Positions 1 through 13,228 of a stretch of 64,000 nucleotides of DNA are shown piece by piece. The DNA lies in contig NW_027266330.1 in assembly GCF_022045235.1 (NCBI RefSeq), positions 45,942,001-46,006,000 on the forward strand. The letters run 5' to 3'. Source of the DNA: Haliotis cracherodii. Taxonomy: Eukaryota. The notes beneath the pieces were generated by a model that did not search any database, was not told the DNA's origin, and saw nothing but the letters and a program-made list of their open reading frames with translations. Every line of letters starts with the position of its first letter. Positions within the stretch are counted from its first letter, which is position 1. Both the position numbers and the translations under genes were made by a program.

Positions 1-211
1 TGAAACGAAAATATTTGAAGATGTTTTTAAAAATTGTCTTTTTATGTAATAGAAAGGATTTCATAGACTCTTCACTTCAAGTATTGTAGACTTACTTGAG
101 ATAATTCGGATATCTTTGTTTCTATGAAAGACTAGAAATCTGTGTGTACTGGGATTCGACGGAGGGTTTGTGTGTGTTTCCAACCATATACTCTGCAATG
201 ACAGTTAAATA

Positions 212-456
212 TTGTTTAACGCCGCACTCAGCAATATTCCAGCTGTATAGCGGCAGTCTGTAAATAATCGAGTCTGGTCCAGAAAATCCCGTGATTGACA
301 TCATGAGCATCGATCTACCCAGTTGGGACATCATGACATGCATCAACTACGTCAGCGAGCCTGACCACTTTAGTCGCATCTTGCGATAAGCATAGTCGTC
401 TACTACGACAGGATTAGATTGCTGAAGACCGTTTCTAACCCAGATCTTCACGGGTC
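212..456 (-). mobile_element. SINE-like family A (non-tRNA head), full-length decayed copy
   Basis: Revcomp starts GACCCGTGAAGATC and ends GCTGGAATATTGCTGAGTGCGGCGTTAAACAA. Aligns by eye to the other family A copies. Confidence 0.85.
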
Positions 457-1234
457 GTCAGTTAAATGATGGTTACATGTAAATAAACGAGACCAAAAAC
501 AATGGGATGTTGGGAGTTGGTCTGTATCCCAGACCACAGAAAAGAAATTAAAAAAAGGAGTTTATCTTAAGTCTAGAATGATTTGGCAAGTCTAGATTGC
601 CTCAACTCTAGCCTGAAATTAAGGATTGTTCCTGGATCGAATTGGATATTTTCTATTTTGTAGATATATATTTTTAAGTAACATTACTTATTTCTGGGAC
701 TAAATGTCAGTCTAGATGGGGCACATTGAGACCGAAGAAGGTGCCATGTTCAAACGGCTACCAACTGCTGACATGTCTGACCCTATACATTTCCAAATCA
801 CGATCAACTGCAGTTATCACAAACATTCTTTTCAAGGAGCCATAAAAGAGAAACCTTCTCAGACTAATGCTCCATTACCCCTAGAACTACATGCAGAAAT
901 GAAGGCAACGATAAATATAAATATATATTCGATGTATCGAGACCTGAGCGAAACGTGTTAAATGATCAGTGTGTTCACATGGTGATCTTGCATATGCCCG
1001 GTGATATCACACAATCCATACTGTCACTTACAACACTGTAATTCCGGATTTCCGACACACACACCTTCCAGACAAGTACTGGATGTATATAAATGGTAAT
1101 AGTACAGGAAGTATCTGTAAATAAGCCATTTTAGGAAAGGAAGGAGACAGCTTTAACCCCACTGCAGTCGCTGTGTCGACGCCCATTATTCAATGGTTTG
1201 AGACAGGCACATCAGATTTTATAGGGGTCTGGGT

Positions 1235-1338
1235 GACTAACATATAGTCTCTGAAATGAACATATCTTACCGAAAAAACAGTTGTTAAATTATCTTAATA
1301 AAATATAATGAAAAAGGAGCCCAGAGACTCTCTTTTTC
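1235..1338 (+). repeat. Dispersed repeat family E (hairpin-ended), homologous in inverted orientation to 14482-14581
   Basis: TAGTCTCTGAAATGAACATAT..TGTTAAATTATCTTAATAAAA.ATAAT..AGCCCAGAGACTCTCTT matches the reverse complement of 14482-14581. Confidence 0.75.
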
Positions 1339-3261
1339 AGATACTACAATAATGTAGACTTGTCCACTACTATACCCCTGGGCTGTTTGGATATATTTGT
1401 TTCAGGGTCTGTATGACAGTCTAGGGATCTAGGCTGGGACAGATTGGCAGACCTGGACAAACGCTACCTCAACCGTTACGTTGTACATGCAGAGATAAGT
1501 TAATGATTACCCTATTTACATAGTCACGATTGTTAAGTTTCAAGCATTGTACCAATCACACCCAGACCTGGTAGGCACACAGCCGAATATTTTACTCTCT
1601 TATGTTATATTTCACGGATGCAAATGTCAATACATCTCTCCGTGCATACACAAGGATAGCCCTGCACCATGACCGTGGAATATATTTATTTCATGAAAAA
1701 GAAAGAAATCTAGAAACGCATACAAAAGCAAGTCTAGCCAGCTTTAGCTCGCTCTATTCCACATATTAGCATAGGGACTTTTTTTATTCTTAGAGTCAAG
1801 AAGGATATTGTGTAATATAAGATTTCAGAGACTAAATATTAGTCTAACACCAGGGCAGCATATCAAATACAGTCTCTCACTGACTGACTGCGGCAAAACA
1901 TAGCATTAACAAGTTCACACTCTCAAATACAATTCTGAAACATATATGGTACTTCGTGTGCATTGAGTTGATGAATATTATTGCTTTAAGCAACTCGAAC
2001 CCAAATATAAATCCTGGTATGCCAGTCCACGTGGCAATGTACAGGGCCATGTAAATTCGTGGACTATAAACATGAATAAATGATAAAAAAATTATAAAAA
2101 AAGTTACATGAGTTGATATGTCCTTTTATGAACTGACCCGAGCATAATTAGAACGTGTAACAAGACAGACCTCTCCAGTAGAAAGAAATGTCGTTCACTT
2201 TACACTCTCATCAGCACCTTGTCCATTAGACTAACGCTTAGTCTCTGAAACATATTCTTTTGATAGAAACAAAAAACTCCATTTAAAGCTTGAACAAATA
2301 TACACGCGGTGACTGAGGGTACACCCGGTATTGCCTCCAGTTCTACCCCGGCACCAAGATGGTAAAGTCTACGACTTGCATCTCCACCTCCCGGAGAGAC
2401 CATGCATGTTGATGTCCTAGATTCCTGACTGACGCTAAGGAAATTTTTGCCCTAAACCAACAGAAATTAAGACTTGCCTCATCTGTGTTTTGAAAAAGGG
2501 TTAACTGTATAACAATCACGGTGTGAGAGTTAGTTTGAATCATATTTCATTTCAACTGAGCGTGTGTTCTAAAATGTCGCTTTACATGAAACAGATGTGC
2601 TGTTACTACACAAAAAGTGGAAGTATTATTTTCCCCCCTTTTTTCAAAGAAACTAATTGTATATATGTTTCAGCTGATGTGAGGATATGTAAAGTTGATA
2701 TAACCACATTCCATAGTAACTAAAGAATATTTTGTGTTATGAACATTCTTTTTATCTATTATTGCAAATTTCAAGTTTTAGAGGTACATATAATTGTGTC
2801 ACTTTTTGCTGTAACTGGCACCTGGTTAATATATCTATTATCTGTACCTCCCCTGTATTTCTGTATGGAGGACAGACATGGCAACAGTGACAAATCTTTA
2901 TGGTGATAAACTCATTTAAAGCCTCATATGAAATTGGTTCCTGTGATGATCTTTCAAAATACTGTATGGAATGGTTTCAATGTCAGAGATTCAATACTTA
3001 TTCGTCACAGCATGATATATCAGTTACAAACTCAATCTATGACCAAATCAATTTGTTTTTGTAAGTACAGATACGTCAAAGAAACACAGTTAACACAGTC
3101 GCTCCCTAAGTCAGGATTCACTTGTACTTTGTTCGAATCCCACATCCGCCTCAAATTATGTGCCATGTTTTGTCAGCACAATAGTTGTAATCATGTTTTT
3201 TTACCAATGTGGAAAAAGTCAAATAACAACGCATCATGAATGATCAAGTGTATAGCCATTC

Positions 3262-3965
3262 CAAGGAAAACCAGGTTATGGTCGGATACGATGCTACACT
3301 AAGACAACTTGGTTAAGGGTTGAACGATGCTACACTAAGACAACTTGGTTAAGGGTTGTACGATGCTACAATAAGACAACTGGGTTAAGGGTTGTACGAT
3401 GCTATACTAAGACTACTTGGTTGAGGGTTGTACGATGCTACGCTAAGACTACTTGGTTAAGGGTTGTACGATGCTACTCTGAGACTACTTGTTTAAGGGC
3501 TGTACGATGCTACAATAAGACAACTGGGTTAAGGGTTGTACGATGCTACACTAAGACTACTTGGTTAAGGGTTGTACGATGCTACACTAAGACTACTTGG
3601 TTAAGGGTTGTACGATGCTACACTAAGACTACTTGGTTAAGGGTTGTACGATGCTACACTAAGACTACTTGGTTAAGGGTTGTACGATGCTACACTAAGA
3701 CAACTTGGTTAAGGGTTGTTCGATGCTACACTTGGACAGCAAGGTCATGAGTCGGGTACGATTCTACACTAGGACAACCAGGTTAAGGGTCGGGTACGAT
3801 TCTACACCAGGACAACCAGGTTAAGGGTCGGGTACGATTCTACACTGGGACAACCAGGTTAAGGGTCGGGGCCAATGTTACACTAGGAACACGAGGTTAT
3901 GGATCGGATACGATGCTACAACTAGGAAAAACAAGGATATGTTTAGGATACGATGCTACACTGAC
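3262..3965. repeat. 36-bp minisatellite (GTTGTACGATGCTACACTAAGACTACTTGGTTAAGG)
   Basis: Directly visible tandem units, homogeneous centre, diverged edges. Confidence 0.95.
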
Positions 3966-3999
3966 AGTGGGGGCAGAAGCGACCCAAGTAGTACCCTGA

Positions 4000-4650
4000 A
4001 AGCAAATGCTGCCAAGAAGACTCACGGAGGCACAAGGGATCCCCCAAGAAGACACCCCGGAGTCAAAAGAGGTCCAAGAAGACATACCGGAGGCAAAATT
4101 GGTCTAAGAAGACACACCGGTGCAGAAGAGGTCCAAGAAGACACACCGGGGCAGAAGAGGTGACACCCGTAAAAGAGATCCAAGAAGACACACCGGGGCA
4201 GAAGAGGTGACACCCGTAGAAGAGGTCCAAGAAGACACACCGGAAGCAGAAGAGGTCCAAGAAGAGACACCGGAAGCAGAAGAGGTCCAAGAAGACACAC
4301 CTGGGCAGAAGAGGTCCAAGAAGTCACCCCGAAGACAGAGGAGGTGACAGAAGAGACACCGGAGGCAGAAGTGGTCCAAGAAGACATACTGGGGGCAGAA
4401 GAGGTCCAAGAAGACACACCAGAGTCAGAAGAGGTCCAAAAAGACACATTCATAGAAGTGGTCCAAGAAGACACCCCGGAGGCAAAAGAGGTCCAAGAAG
4501 ACACCCCGAAGACAGAGGAGGTGACAGAACAGACATCGGAGGCAGATGAGATCCAAGAAGACACGTGCGCAGAAGTCCAAGAAGACATACCGGAGGCAGA
4601 AGTGGTCCAAGAAAACACAACGGGGCAGAAGAGGTCCAAGGGACTGCCAA
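4000..4650. repeat. 29/30-bp purine-rich minisatellite (GCAGAAGAGGTCCAAGAAGACACACCGGAG) reading AEEVQEDTPE in one frame
   Basis: Tandem units, with the frame broken by 29-nt units. Confidence 0.9.
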
Positions 4651-5222
4651 AAAGACGTCCCGGCGGCTGTGGTTAGCCAGCAAACGGAAGACACCAAAGT
4701 AGACAAACTTTTCAAATCATCTCTTCATGAAGAACACATGGCAAAAAGGCTTGAGTGCGATAGTTTCTTGTGTATAGTTTTCCCCAAAGAATTACAGCTA
4801 TGTAGACAGCGGTGGGTCGGGACATAACACACACAGACAATGATCTCGGATTATTTGTCACAACGCAAGAAACAATCCCCTGGTATTACGCTATCCAATT
4901 TAATAATTTTCATTGTATGCCAGTATATTGATCTTATTAATTTTATTTAAAAAATCATTCACTATTGTTTTCGAAGCTTATTTTTTGAGAAAATTATACA
5001 CGGTCAACTTTTAATACATGTAAGTAAAACAATAGCATAACGGGATCTACAGCCGACATTGTACATCATTATGTCCAGTGATGTTTCATCTAAGAGTTGA
5101 CATGACCACTGACCAGGTATGTTATCCCCCGTATCACCTACTGGCCAGTCTCTTATATGAAGGTGGAGTCTTATCAACTAAAATATTGTACTCAAATGAA
5201 GTGATTACGTTTTGCTGGACCA

Positions 5223-5390
5223 GTGTAGATCCGGGTAGAGACGTCTTCAGTAGCCCATGCTTACCGTGAGAGTCGACTAAGGGTTCGGGTGGTCAAAACT
5301 CGCTGGCTTGGTGGATGCATGGCATTATATCCCAATTGTGTAGATCGATGCTCATGAAGTCAATCACTGACAGACTCGATTATTTACAGA
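5223..5390 (+). mobile_element. Family A copy, 3' truncated
   Basis: GATCCGGGTAGA..GTCTTCAG..GACTAA..GGGTGGTCA..GATCGATGCTCATG..CTCGATTATTTACAGA. Confidence 0.8.
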
Positions 5391-5781
5391 GAGAATTGTG
5401 AGATATCAGTACCGGCGATGATGAAATATATGAGGTTTCTGCGCAATGTAACAATGTAAATTTTGTCCACCGTGTATGGGTATTCTGCAATAAGGAACCT
5501 TTCTCTCCCATTTTTTCTCTTTCCTATCCCGCGCCCCACCTCTGGAGATGAGAAACGCAAAAACGCAAGGACGCCCTTTTAATAAACAGTATCTTACAAT
5601 TTAGCATAGTATACAATAAAATGACCTGTTAGATATGAGATCTGCATGTCAACATGACTTATTTAGCGAGTTAACGGAAATGTGGCTTCAAGCAAGTAAT
5701 AAATACGTTTCAAGTAGAAATTAAATCTACCGCCACTGCCACAGAACCACAATAGCAAGGGATAGCATCTTTCGTCCATTA

Positions 5782-5902
5782 GTATATCGTATATATCACA
5801 TATATCATTCAGAAAGAAAGGCAGGGATGGTGTATATCCGATATATCACATATATCATTCAGAAAGAAAGGCAGGGATGGTGTATATCGGATATATCACA
5901 TA
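5782..5902. repeat. 50-bp tandem duplication (~2.4 copies)
   Basis: GTATATC..ATATATCACATA starts at 5782, 5832 and 5882. Confidence 0.9.
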
Positions 5903-7968
5903 CATGTACATCATTCAGGGTTTATATCGGATACATAATTTATTACATACTTCAGCATGATATTGATGCAGGGCAATGTAACCTTAGAAACCTGACACGA
6001 AGTAATATATCCAAATCGGATGTTGGCCATCTACCCTTATATACAAGTAGCTGGGAAGCTAAAACACGCGTATCTACTTACTATGTATAAAGTCGTATCA
6101 TATATGCTTGATGCGAGAACTGCAAGCTCAGGAATTCCACGTGCAGATCGAAGCGGTAAGACTGATATATGACTTATACATACGTGCACCAGTCACATCT
6201 AGACACCTCATGGACATTTTGCAGTAACTTCATCGTGTTTTAGAAACCGGACAGCGTCAATGTCAAATGTCAAATAGTCGTGTTTTCAAGATCTCAACAC
6301 AAATGTAGATGTAAAAATAATCAGTCGACTCTACACGCATCGTTTATACTGGGATTTGATAGAAACAAATAAATTGTTCCCGAAATTTCTTGATTAAAAA
6401 AAAAAATTGCCTTCCACAAAATTTACATTGTTGCAAGATGTTTTTTCCCTTTAAAAAGGCAGGCTCATAGTTCTCAATAAAACATAATAAAAACAGCAGC
6501 AAATGTTGACCTACACGGGCAGAGAGTAGCTACAGTGACTCGGTGCTCACACAAGTGTACTAGAACAAGGAAATAGCTCCTAGATCGGGAGAAATTGTTA
6601 TTTGAAAACTTTCTAGATTATCTAAATTATTTAAATATAAATATTTCATACCAAGTGGTCAAATATTTGTTGAGCAATTTCTTTCAAGAAAACAAGTAAT
6701 TGCTGAGATTAACGACATGAATTTAATTCCCTGAAAAGAAAAAATTATTAAAATGTTGACAGCAAACATCAGACAGATCATATGTACAAATGACAAAAGA
6801 TAGAATTCTCCAGTTTTTATTTGCAAAATATAGACTCTTTGTTATGCCGTCCGACGAACGTCATCAACTGTGTTCTGGAATAGTTTTGACACATTTAGTT
6901 ATATCGGTCCTTTATACACTGTACTTAATAAAACCTAGAAAAGGACGAAGTTATCTGCATGTTCACATGATGGAGAACATAACCAGACAATTCCTTAATT
7001 ACCTCCCTTTCTAAACAAAAGTCAGTGTGCCACTTTCACATTTTCACAAGCATTTTAGTAATGAGCTTTTTTCAATGATCCAAATGTATTTAGAGACACA
7101 TTTATTGATGACACGTCTAAATGCACAAGGCTGCTCGTGTTTTTTACCGAGTTTCTGATCTATTCTCTGGCCTTGTCAATTCTGAAATTTAAGCCAGCTC
7201 ATCGTTTTTTACAAACAAAGCCTATCATCGGTCAGTGTCACAAAATGACATATTGAATTGTAGTTTTCAGGTAACTAAACATTATATGTTATCAGGAAGA
7301 CTGTGGTGAAGGCAAAAGGGCGAAATTAACTCTTTATTAAGTTTGCAATAAAACACCGGGAGTTAATTGCGATGTTAATTTCGTGTGTAAAGCGAAACAC
7401 GTTTCGCAGATGTATAAAACGATAGGTAGGATCTGTCCCTACTACACGAGAGGTGCACATGCCTCGGTTTTCGCGTATGACGTCAGAATGATCTTTTCAT
7501 CCAAAGGGCATATGTCATGTGTGTTCCTGGTTTTGTGCACTGATATTATCTATACTTGGGGAAACCTGGAATATAACATTTCGTTGAAATGCCTAGCAGT
7601 TTGACAAATTCCCCATTTTCCATAATGAAAGAAACATGTTTAGTATGTAGTGCAATAACGGAGTGCACCTGCATGGAATCTGTGGAAACCTTAAGTCAAG
7701 AAGTGCACGTGCTTAAAACCCCCCATGCAAACATCATGTGTTCAAGTATCTCTACTTGACGTGAACGTTTAACTGCCCTGAGCGTTAAGTGTGTACATGT
7801 TTATGCTGCACTCAATAAAGTCGGCTATCATGAGTTGTCCAACACAGAGATCATATACCGGTATATGCATGTTTGTATCAATATATACATATATACATGT
7901 ACTTATATACATACACACAATTGAAGGCAAATCTTCAGGTGTTTCCACATTCAACCTGTGTGTGTCTT

Positions 7969-8131
7969 NNNNNNNNNNNNNNNNNNNNNNNNNNNNNNNN
8001 NNNNNNNNNNNNNNNNNNNNNNNNNNNNNNNNNNNNNNNNNNNNNNNNNNNNNNNNNNNNNNNNNNNNNNNNNNNNNNNNNNNNNNNNNNNNNNNNNNNN
8101 NNNNNNNNNNNNNNNNNNNNNNNNNNNNNNN
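7969..8131. other. Assembly gap (163 N)
   Basis: Run of N. Confidence 1.
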
Positions 8132-8477
8132 AACCTGATTTCCATATGTAGGAATATTCATATGAAAATTAAAACGAAAAGAAATTATTCCTCATTTCAA
8201 ACACTTACATGTTAAATTCCTTTTTAAACTAATTGCAAAGACAATGTTTAGCCTCCAATTTTAACCAGGTTTATTTCATATCCGCGGAGTGATATTGATA
8301 GTGGGCATTAGGACAGTACACAACTTTAATGAGGAAGTGATGTTCCAGGCCATCATCTGTCCAGCTACAGTCTTGACCCCTAGCCAGATATACAGATCAG
8401 GCGTTATCTTATCTGACCACTCACTGGCTAGATGATTCCTGTCAACAGCAGTAGAATTGGTGTGCCCTTCTGATCAC

Positions 8478-8590
8478 TCCCCCCCTCCACCCCAACCCCA
8501 ACCAGCACCCCCAATCCAGCACCCCCACCCCCACCCCCCCTCCACCCCCCAACACCCCCACCCCCAACACACACACTATCCTCCCATCCC
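8478..8590 (-). other. C-run cluster (G-quadruplex potential on the minus strand)
   Basis: About ten C-tracts of 4 or more nt with short spacers. Confidence 0.7.
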
Positions 8591-8744
8591 GACATCTGGT
8601 TTTATGATGATATAGATAGGCATCTAGAGCCCACGTGCTAGCCCAGGCATTCTCCCTTGAGAGACAGTAGCCAGCTGGTCACTCGCCCAGCTCTTTCTGT
8701 AATACAAAAGCTCTGCATGAAGCAAGTCTAGATATTCTTCTGAA

Positions 8745-10075
8745 AGATTTACAAGGCAAACTTTTGTGATGTCACCTTGTCCTTAAACATATTTACAAAT
8801 CAATATTGTGTCATGTAACTATATGGCCCTGAACATATTTACAAGACAAACTTGTGTGATGTCACCTTGTCCTTGAACATATTTACAAGGCTCAGTTTTG
8901 TGTTACGTCACGTTGTCCTTGAATAGATTTACAAGGCAAACTTGTGTGATGTCACCATGTCCTTGAACATATTTACAAGGCAAACTTGTGTGATGTCACC
9001 ATGTCCTCGAACATATTTACAAGGCAAACTTGTGTGATGTCACCATGTCCTTAAACAGATTTACAAGGCAAACTTGTGTGATGTCACCATGTCCTTAAAC
9101 AGATTTACAAGGCAAACTTGTGTGATGTCACCATGTCCTTAAACAGATTTACAAGGCAAACGTGTGTGATGTCACCTTGTCCTTAAACAGATTTAAAAGG
9201 CAAACCTGTGTGATGGCACCTTGTCCTTGAACAGATTTACAAGGCAAATTTGTGTGATGTCACCTTGTCCTTGAACATATTTACAAGGCAAACTTGTGTG
9301 ATGTCACCTTGTCCTTGAACGGATTTACAAATCAATATTGTGTCATGTAACAATATGGCCTTGAACATATTTACAAGGCAAACTTATGTGATGTCACCAT
9401 GTCCTTGAACATATTTACAAATCAATATTGTGTCATGTATCTATATGACCTTGAACAGATTTACAAGACAAACTTGTGTGATTTCACCTTGTCCTTGAAC
9501 ATATTTACAAATCAATATTGTGTCATGTATCTATATGGCCTTGAACATATTTACAAGGCAAACTTGTGTGATGTCACCTTGTCCTTGAACGGATTTACAA
9601 ATCAATATTGTGTCATGTAACAATATGGCCTTGAACATATTTACAAGGCAAACTTGTGTGATGTCACCATGTCCTTGAACATATTTACAAATCAATATTG
9701 TGTCATGTATCTATATGGCCTTGAACATATTACAAGGCAAACTTGTGTGATGTCATTATGTCCTTGAACAGATTACAAGGCACATTTGTGTGATGCCACT
9801 ATGTCCTTGAACAGATTACATGGCAAATTTGTGTGATGTCACCTTGTCCTTCGGCAGATTTACAAACCAATATTGTGTCATGTACCCATGTCCTTGAACA
9901 GATTACAAGGCTAACTTGTGTGACGTCACTATGTCCTTGAACAGATTACAAGGCAAGCTTGTGTGATGTCACTACGTCCTTGAACGGATTACAAAGCAAA
10001 CTTGTGTGATGTCACTACGTCCTTGAACAGATTACAAGGCTAACTTGTGTCATGTCACCTTGTCCTTGAACAGAC
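8745..10075. repeat. 43/44-bp minisatellite (ATTTACAAGGCAAACTTGTGTGATGTCACCATGTCCTTGAACAT) with an alternating variant unit
   Basis: Period 44 (8941, 8985), A/B dimer structure at about 9280-9730. Confidence 0.95.
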
Positions 10076-10825
10076 GACAGTGTCGAGATGATCACTTTAC
10101 AGGATGTCTTTGATCCACCAGATGACCAGAGATGTCCTATCTAGTCACAACAGTATATCCGACAACAGCCCTGTGTGACGGTCGAGACACTCGTCGGGGG
10201 ATGGGCAATCAAACAGGGTCTGTGGTAAGGGACATACATTGTACAGCTATCGTGGTTCGAGGCCAGATATGAGTGGACTCGGTGTGTATGAATCACTCAC
10301 CAACAATTCGTATAGCCGTTCCCAGCTGCAAGCCCGACCTGGGTTACGTTCAGTGTCTCCGGTTTTGCCTCACACGACCTGGACAGGACCAGCACACCGT
10401 GTCGGGGCGGCCGGAGTACAGGCCACGCACACAAGGGTGTTGTTTTGGGACAATACTTTTCGACAGTTTGCATTGCCACCCTTTCTACTTCTCGTCGTGT
10501 CAGTATTCACATCCAGCCCTCCCTTATCCGTCTCCACGACCAAGTTTCCTCCATCTCAATCTCAAAACACAACGAAACCATCCTCGTTGCAGAAACCCGA
10601 ATCATCCCTTTCCCAAACCCTATTTAATCGGAACACCCATGTCAGAACCCATCATCCAACGTCGTTTTTAACATTATTTCATTTATATCACGGAGTAACA
10701 GCTTCATGTGAGAAGAAATGCCAAAATGATGTTCGCCATTTGAGAATCGAACCGCGATCACAGAATTCTGGCGCACCTAAGGGAACCAACTCTGCACACC
10801 GAGAATTGATTACTGAGATAACAAA

Positions 10826-10961
10826 TGATTGAGTGAGTATGGTTTTACACCGCTTTTAACAGTATTCAAGAAACATAATGGGCTTCACAGACTGTACCCA
10901 TGTCAGAAATCGAACCCGTGTGACGAGTGAAAGCTTTAACCACTAGGCTATCGGACCACCC
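10826..10961 (-). mobile_element. SINE family B copy with TSD
   Basis: Same head and tail as the 39080 copy. 15-bp TSD TACTGAGATAACAAA at 10811-10825 and 10962-10976. Confidence 0.88.
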
Positions 10962-11334
10962 TACTGAGATAACAAAAATACCCACAACAAATGGTATTTA
11001 CGTGTGTAAGGTGGGCAAATAGTTCTGACTTCATGCAGTGGGGACATTCATTGACCATAAAGCGAGTGTGTGAATAGTATTTTGTGCCTCTCTGCATACA
11101 CGCAATACAGGATGTAGCACCTGATCAGAATCCCACACAACAATGTGTACATGCAGTCCTCCTAACACTGTAAATGTGGGCATTTGGGGCTGTTCCCGGG
11201 CACAAAGGCTGCTGTATCCTGGGATTAGGTATTGCTAGGCTAGTCAAGGTCACACTGACTGTTTCATTTTGCCATGGTAATTGTGTGTCAGTATAAACCA
11301 ACAGTGGCAACGGCTCACTCTATCAACCACTGAA

Positions 11335-12705
11335 GCGGGATAATGACAAGACTGACGTATGGCAATGTCGTAATATGACGGGTGATAATGACAAGACTGA
11401 CGTATGGCAATGTCGTAATATGACGTGTGATAATGACAACACTGACGTATGGTAATGTTGTAATATGACGTTTGAAAATTACAACACTAACGTATGGTAA
11501 TGTCGTAATATGACGTGTGATAATGACAACAATGACATATGGTAATGTTGTAATATGACGTGTGATAATGACAACACTGACGTATGGTAATGTCGTAATA
11601 TGACGTGTGATAATGACAACACTGACGTATGGTAATGTTGTAATATGACGTGTGATAATGACAACACTGACGTATGGTAATGTCGTAATATGACGGGTGA
11701 TAATGACAAGACTGACGTATGGTAATGTCGTAATATGACGTGTGATAATGACAACACTGACGTATGGTAATGATGTAATATGACGGGTGATAATGACAAC
11801 ACTGATGTATGGTAATGTTTTAATATGACGTGTGATAATGACAACAATGGCGTATGGTAATGTTGTAATATGACGTGTGATAATGACAACAATGGCGTAT
11901 GGTAATGTCGTAATATGACGTGTGATAATGACAAAAATGGCGTATGGTAATGTCGTAATATGACGTGTGATAATGACAACACTGACATATGGTAATGTCG
12001 TAATATGACGTGTGATAATGACAACAATGGCGTATGGTAATGTCGTAATATGACGTGTGATAATGACAAGACTGACGTATGGTAATGTCGTATTATGACG
12101 CGTGATAATGACAACACTGACGTATGGTAATGATGTAATATGACGTGTGATAATGACAACACTGACGTATGGTAATGTTGTTATATGACGTGTGATAATG
12201 ACAACAATGGCGTATGGTAATGTTGTAATATGACGTGTGATAATGACAACAATGGCGTATGGTAATGTCGTAATATGACGTGTGATAATGACAACAATGG
12301 CGTATGGTAATGTCGTGATATGACGTGTGATAATGACAACAGTGGCGTATGGTAATGTCGTTATATGACGTGTGATAATGACAACAATGGCGTATGGTAA
12401 TGTCGTTATATGACGTGTGATAATGACAACAATGGCGTATTGTAATGTCGTGATATGATGTGTGATAATGACAACAATGGCGTATGGTAATGTCGTTATA
12501 TGACGTGCGATAATGACAACACTGAGGCATGGTAATGTCGTAATATGACGTGTGATAATGACAACACTGACGTATGGTAATGTCGTTATATGACGTGTGA
12601 TAATGACAACAATGGCGTATGGTAATGTCGTAATATGACGTGTGATAATGACAAGACTGACGTATGGTAATGTCGTATTATGACGTGCGATAATGACAAC
12701 ACTGA
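11335..12705. repeat. 45-bp minisatellite (TGTGATAATGACAACACTGACGTATGGTAATGTCGTAATATGACG)
   Basis: About 30 tandem units. Confidence 0.97.
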
Positions 12706-12993
12706 GATGCAGATACTAGAACGTAACTTCTTATTGTAATCTTCGTGATACATTTGTTCATGCTAAATTCGATTGGAATGATATCATGATAAACAAGAAA
12801 GGCAGATACTTATCACGAGAAAAAATACTCTTAGGATTTTTGTCCAATATTCCAAAGGGTGTCTTAGATGAACATCAATCCCAGTTTGTATGTTCTGTTT
12901 AGGGCCCTATTCGGGCTGTGTACCTATTTTAATCTTATTCATCACACATGTTTTCTCATTCGTTAGTATATATAATTATATATATACACACAC

Positions 12994-13228
12994 ACACACA
13001 ATCTGTGTAACACATTACATGTTGCGGATCATGTGAGATTTGGAGAATATCTTGTGTGTCAGCACCAATGCGTGGTGAACGTGCAGAGACAGTTTCAGTT
13101 GAAACTCCTTATGAGACAATATATGTATATATTGTCTCATAAAGAGTTTCAGCTGGTGCTGATACACAAGATATTCTCCAAATCTCACATGATCCGCAAC
13201 ATGCAATGCGTTACACAGATTGTGTGTA
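12994..13228. repeat. Long near-perfect palindrome (foldback) with a ~30-nt insertion in the left arm
   Basis: About 100-bp arms centred near 13124 with few transitions, adjacent to a (TA)n(CA)n microsatellite. Confidence 0.92.

Noticed and set aside
7769-8215. ORFs spanning the N run
   Set aside because: Artefacts of the assembly gap.
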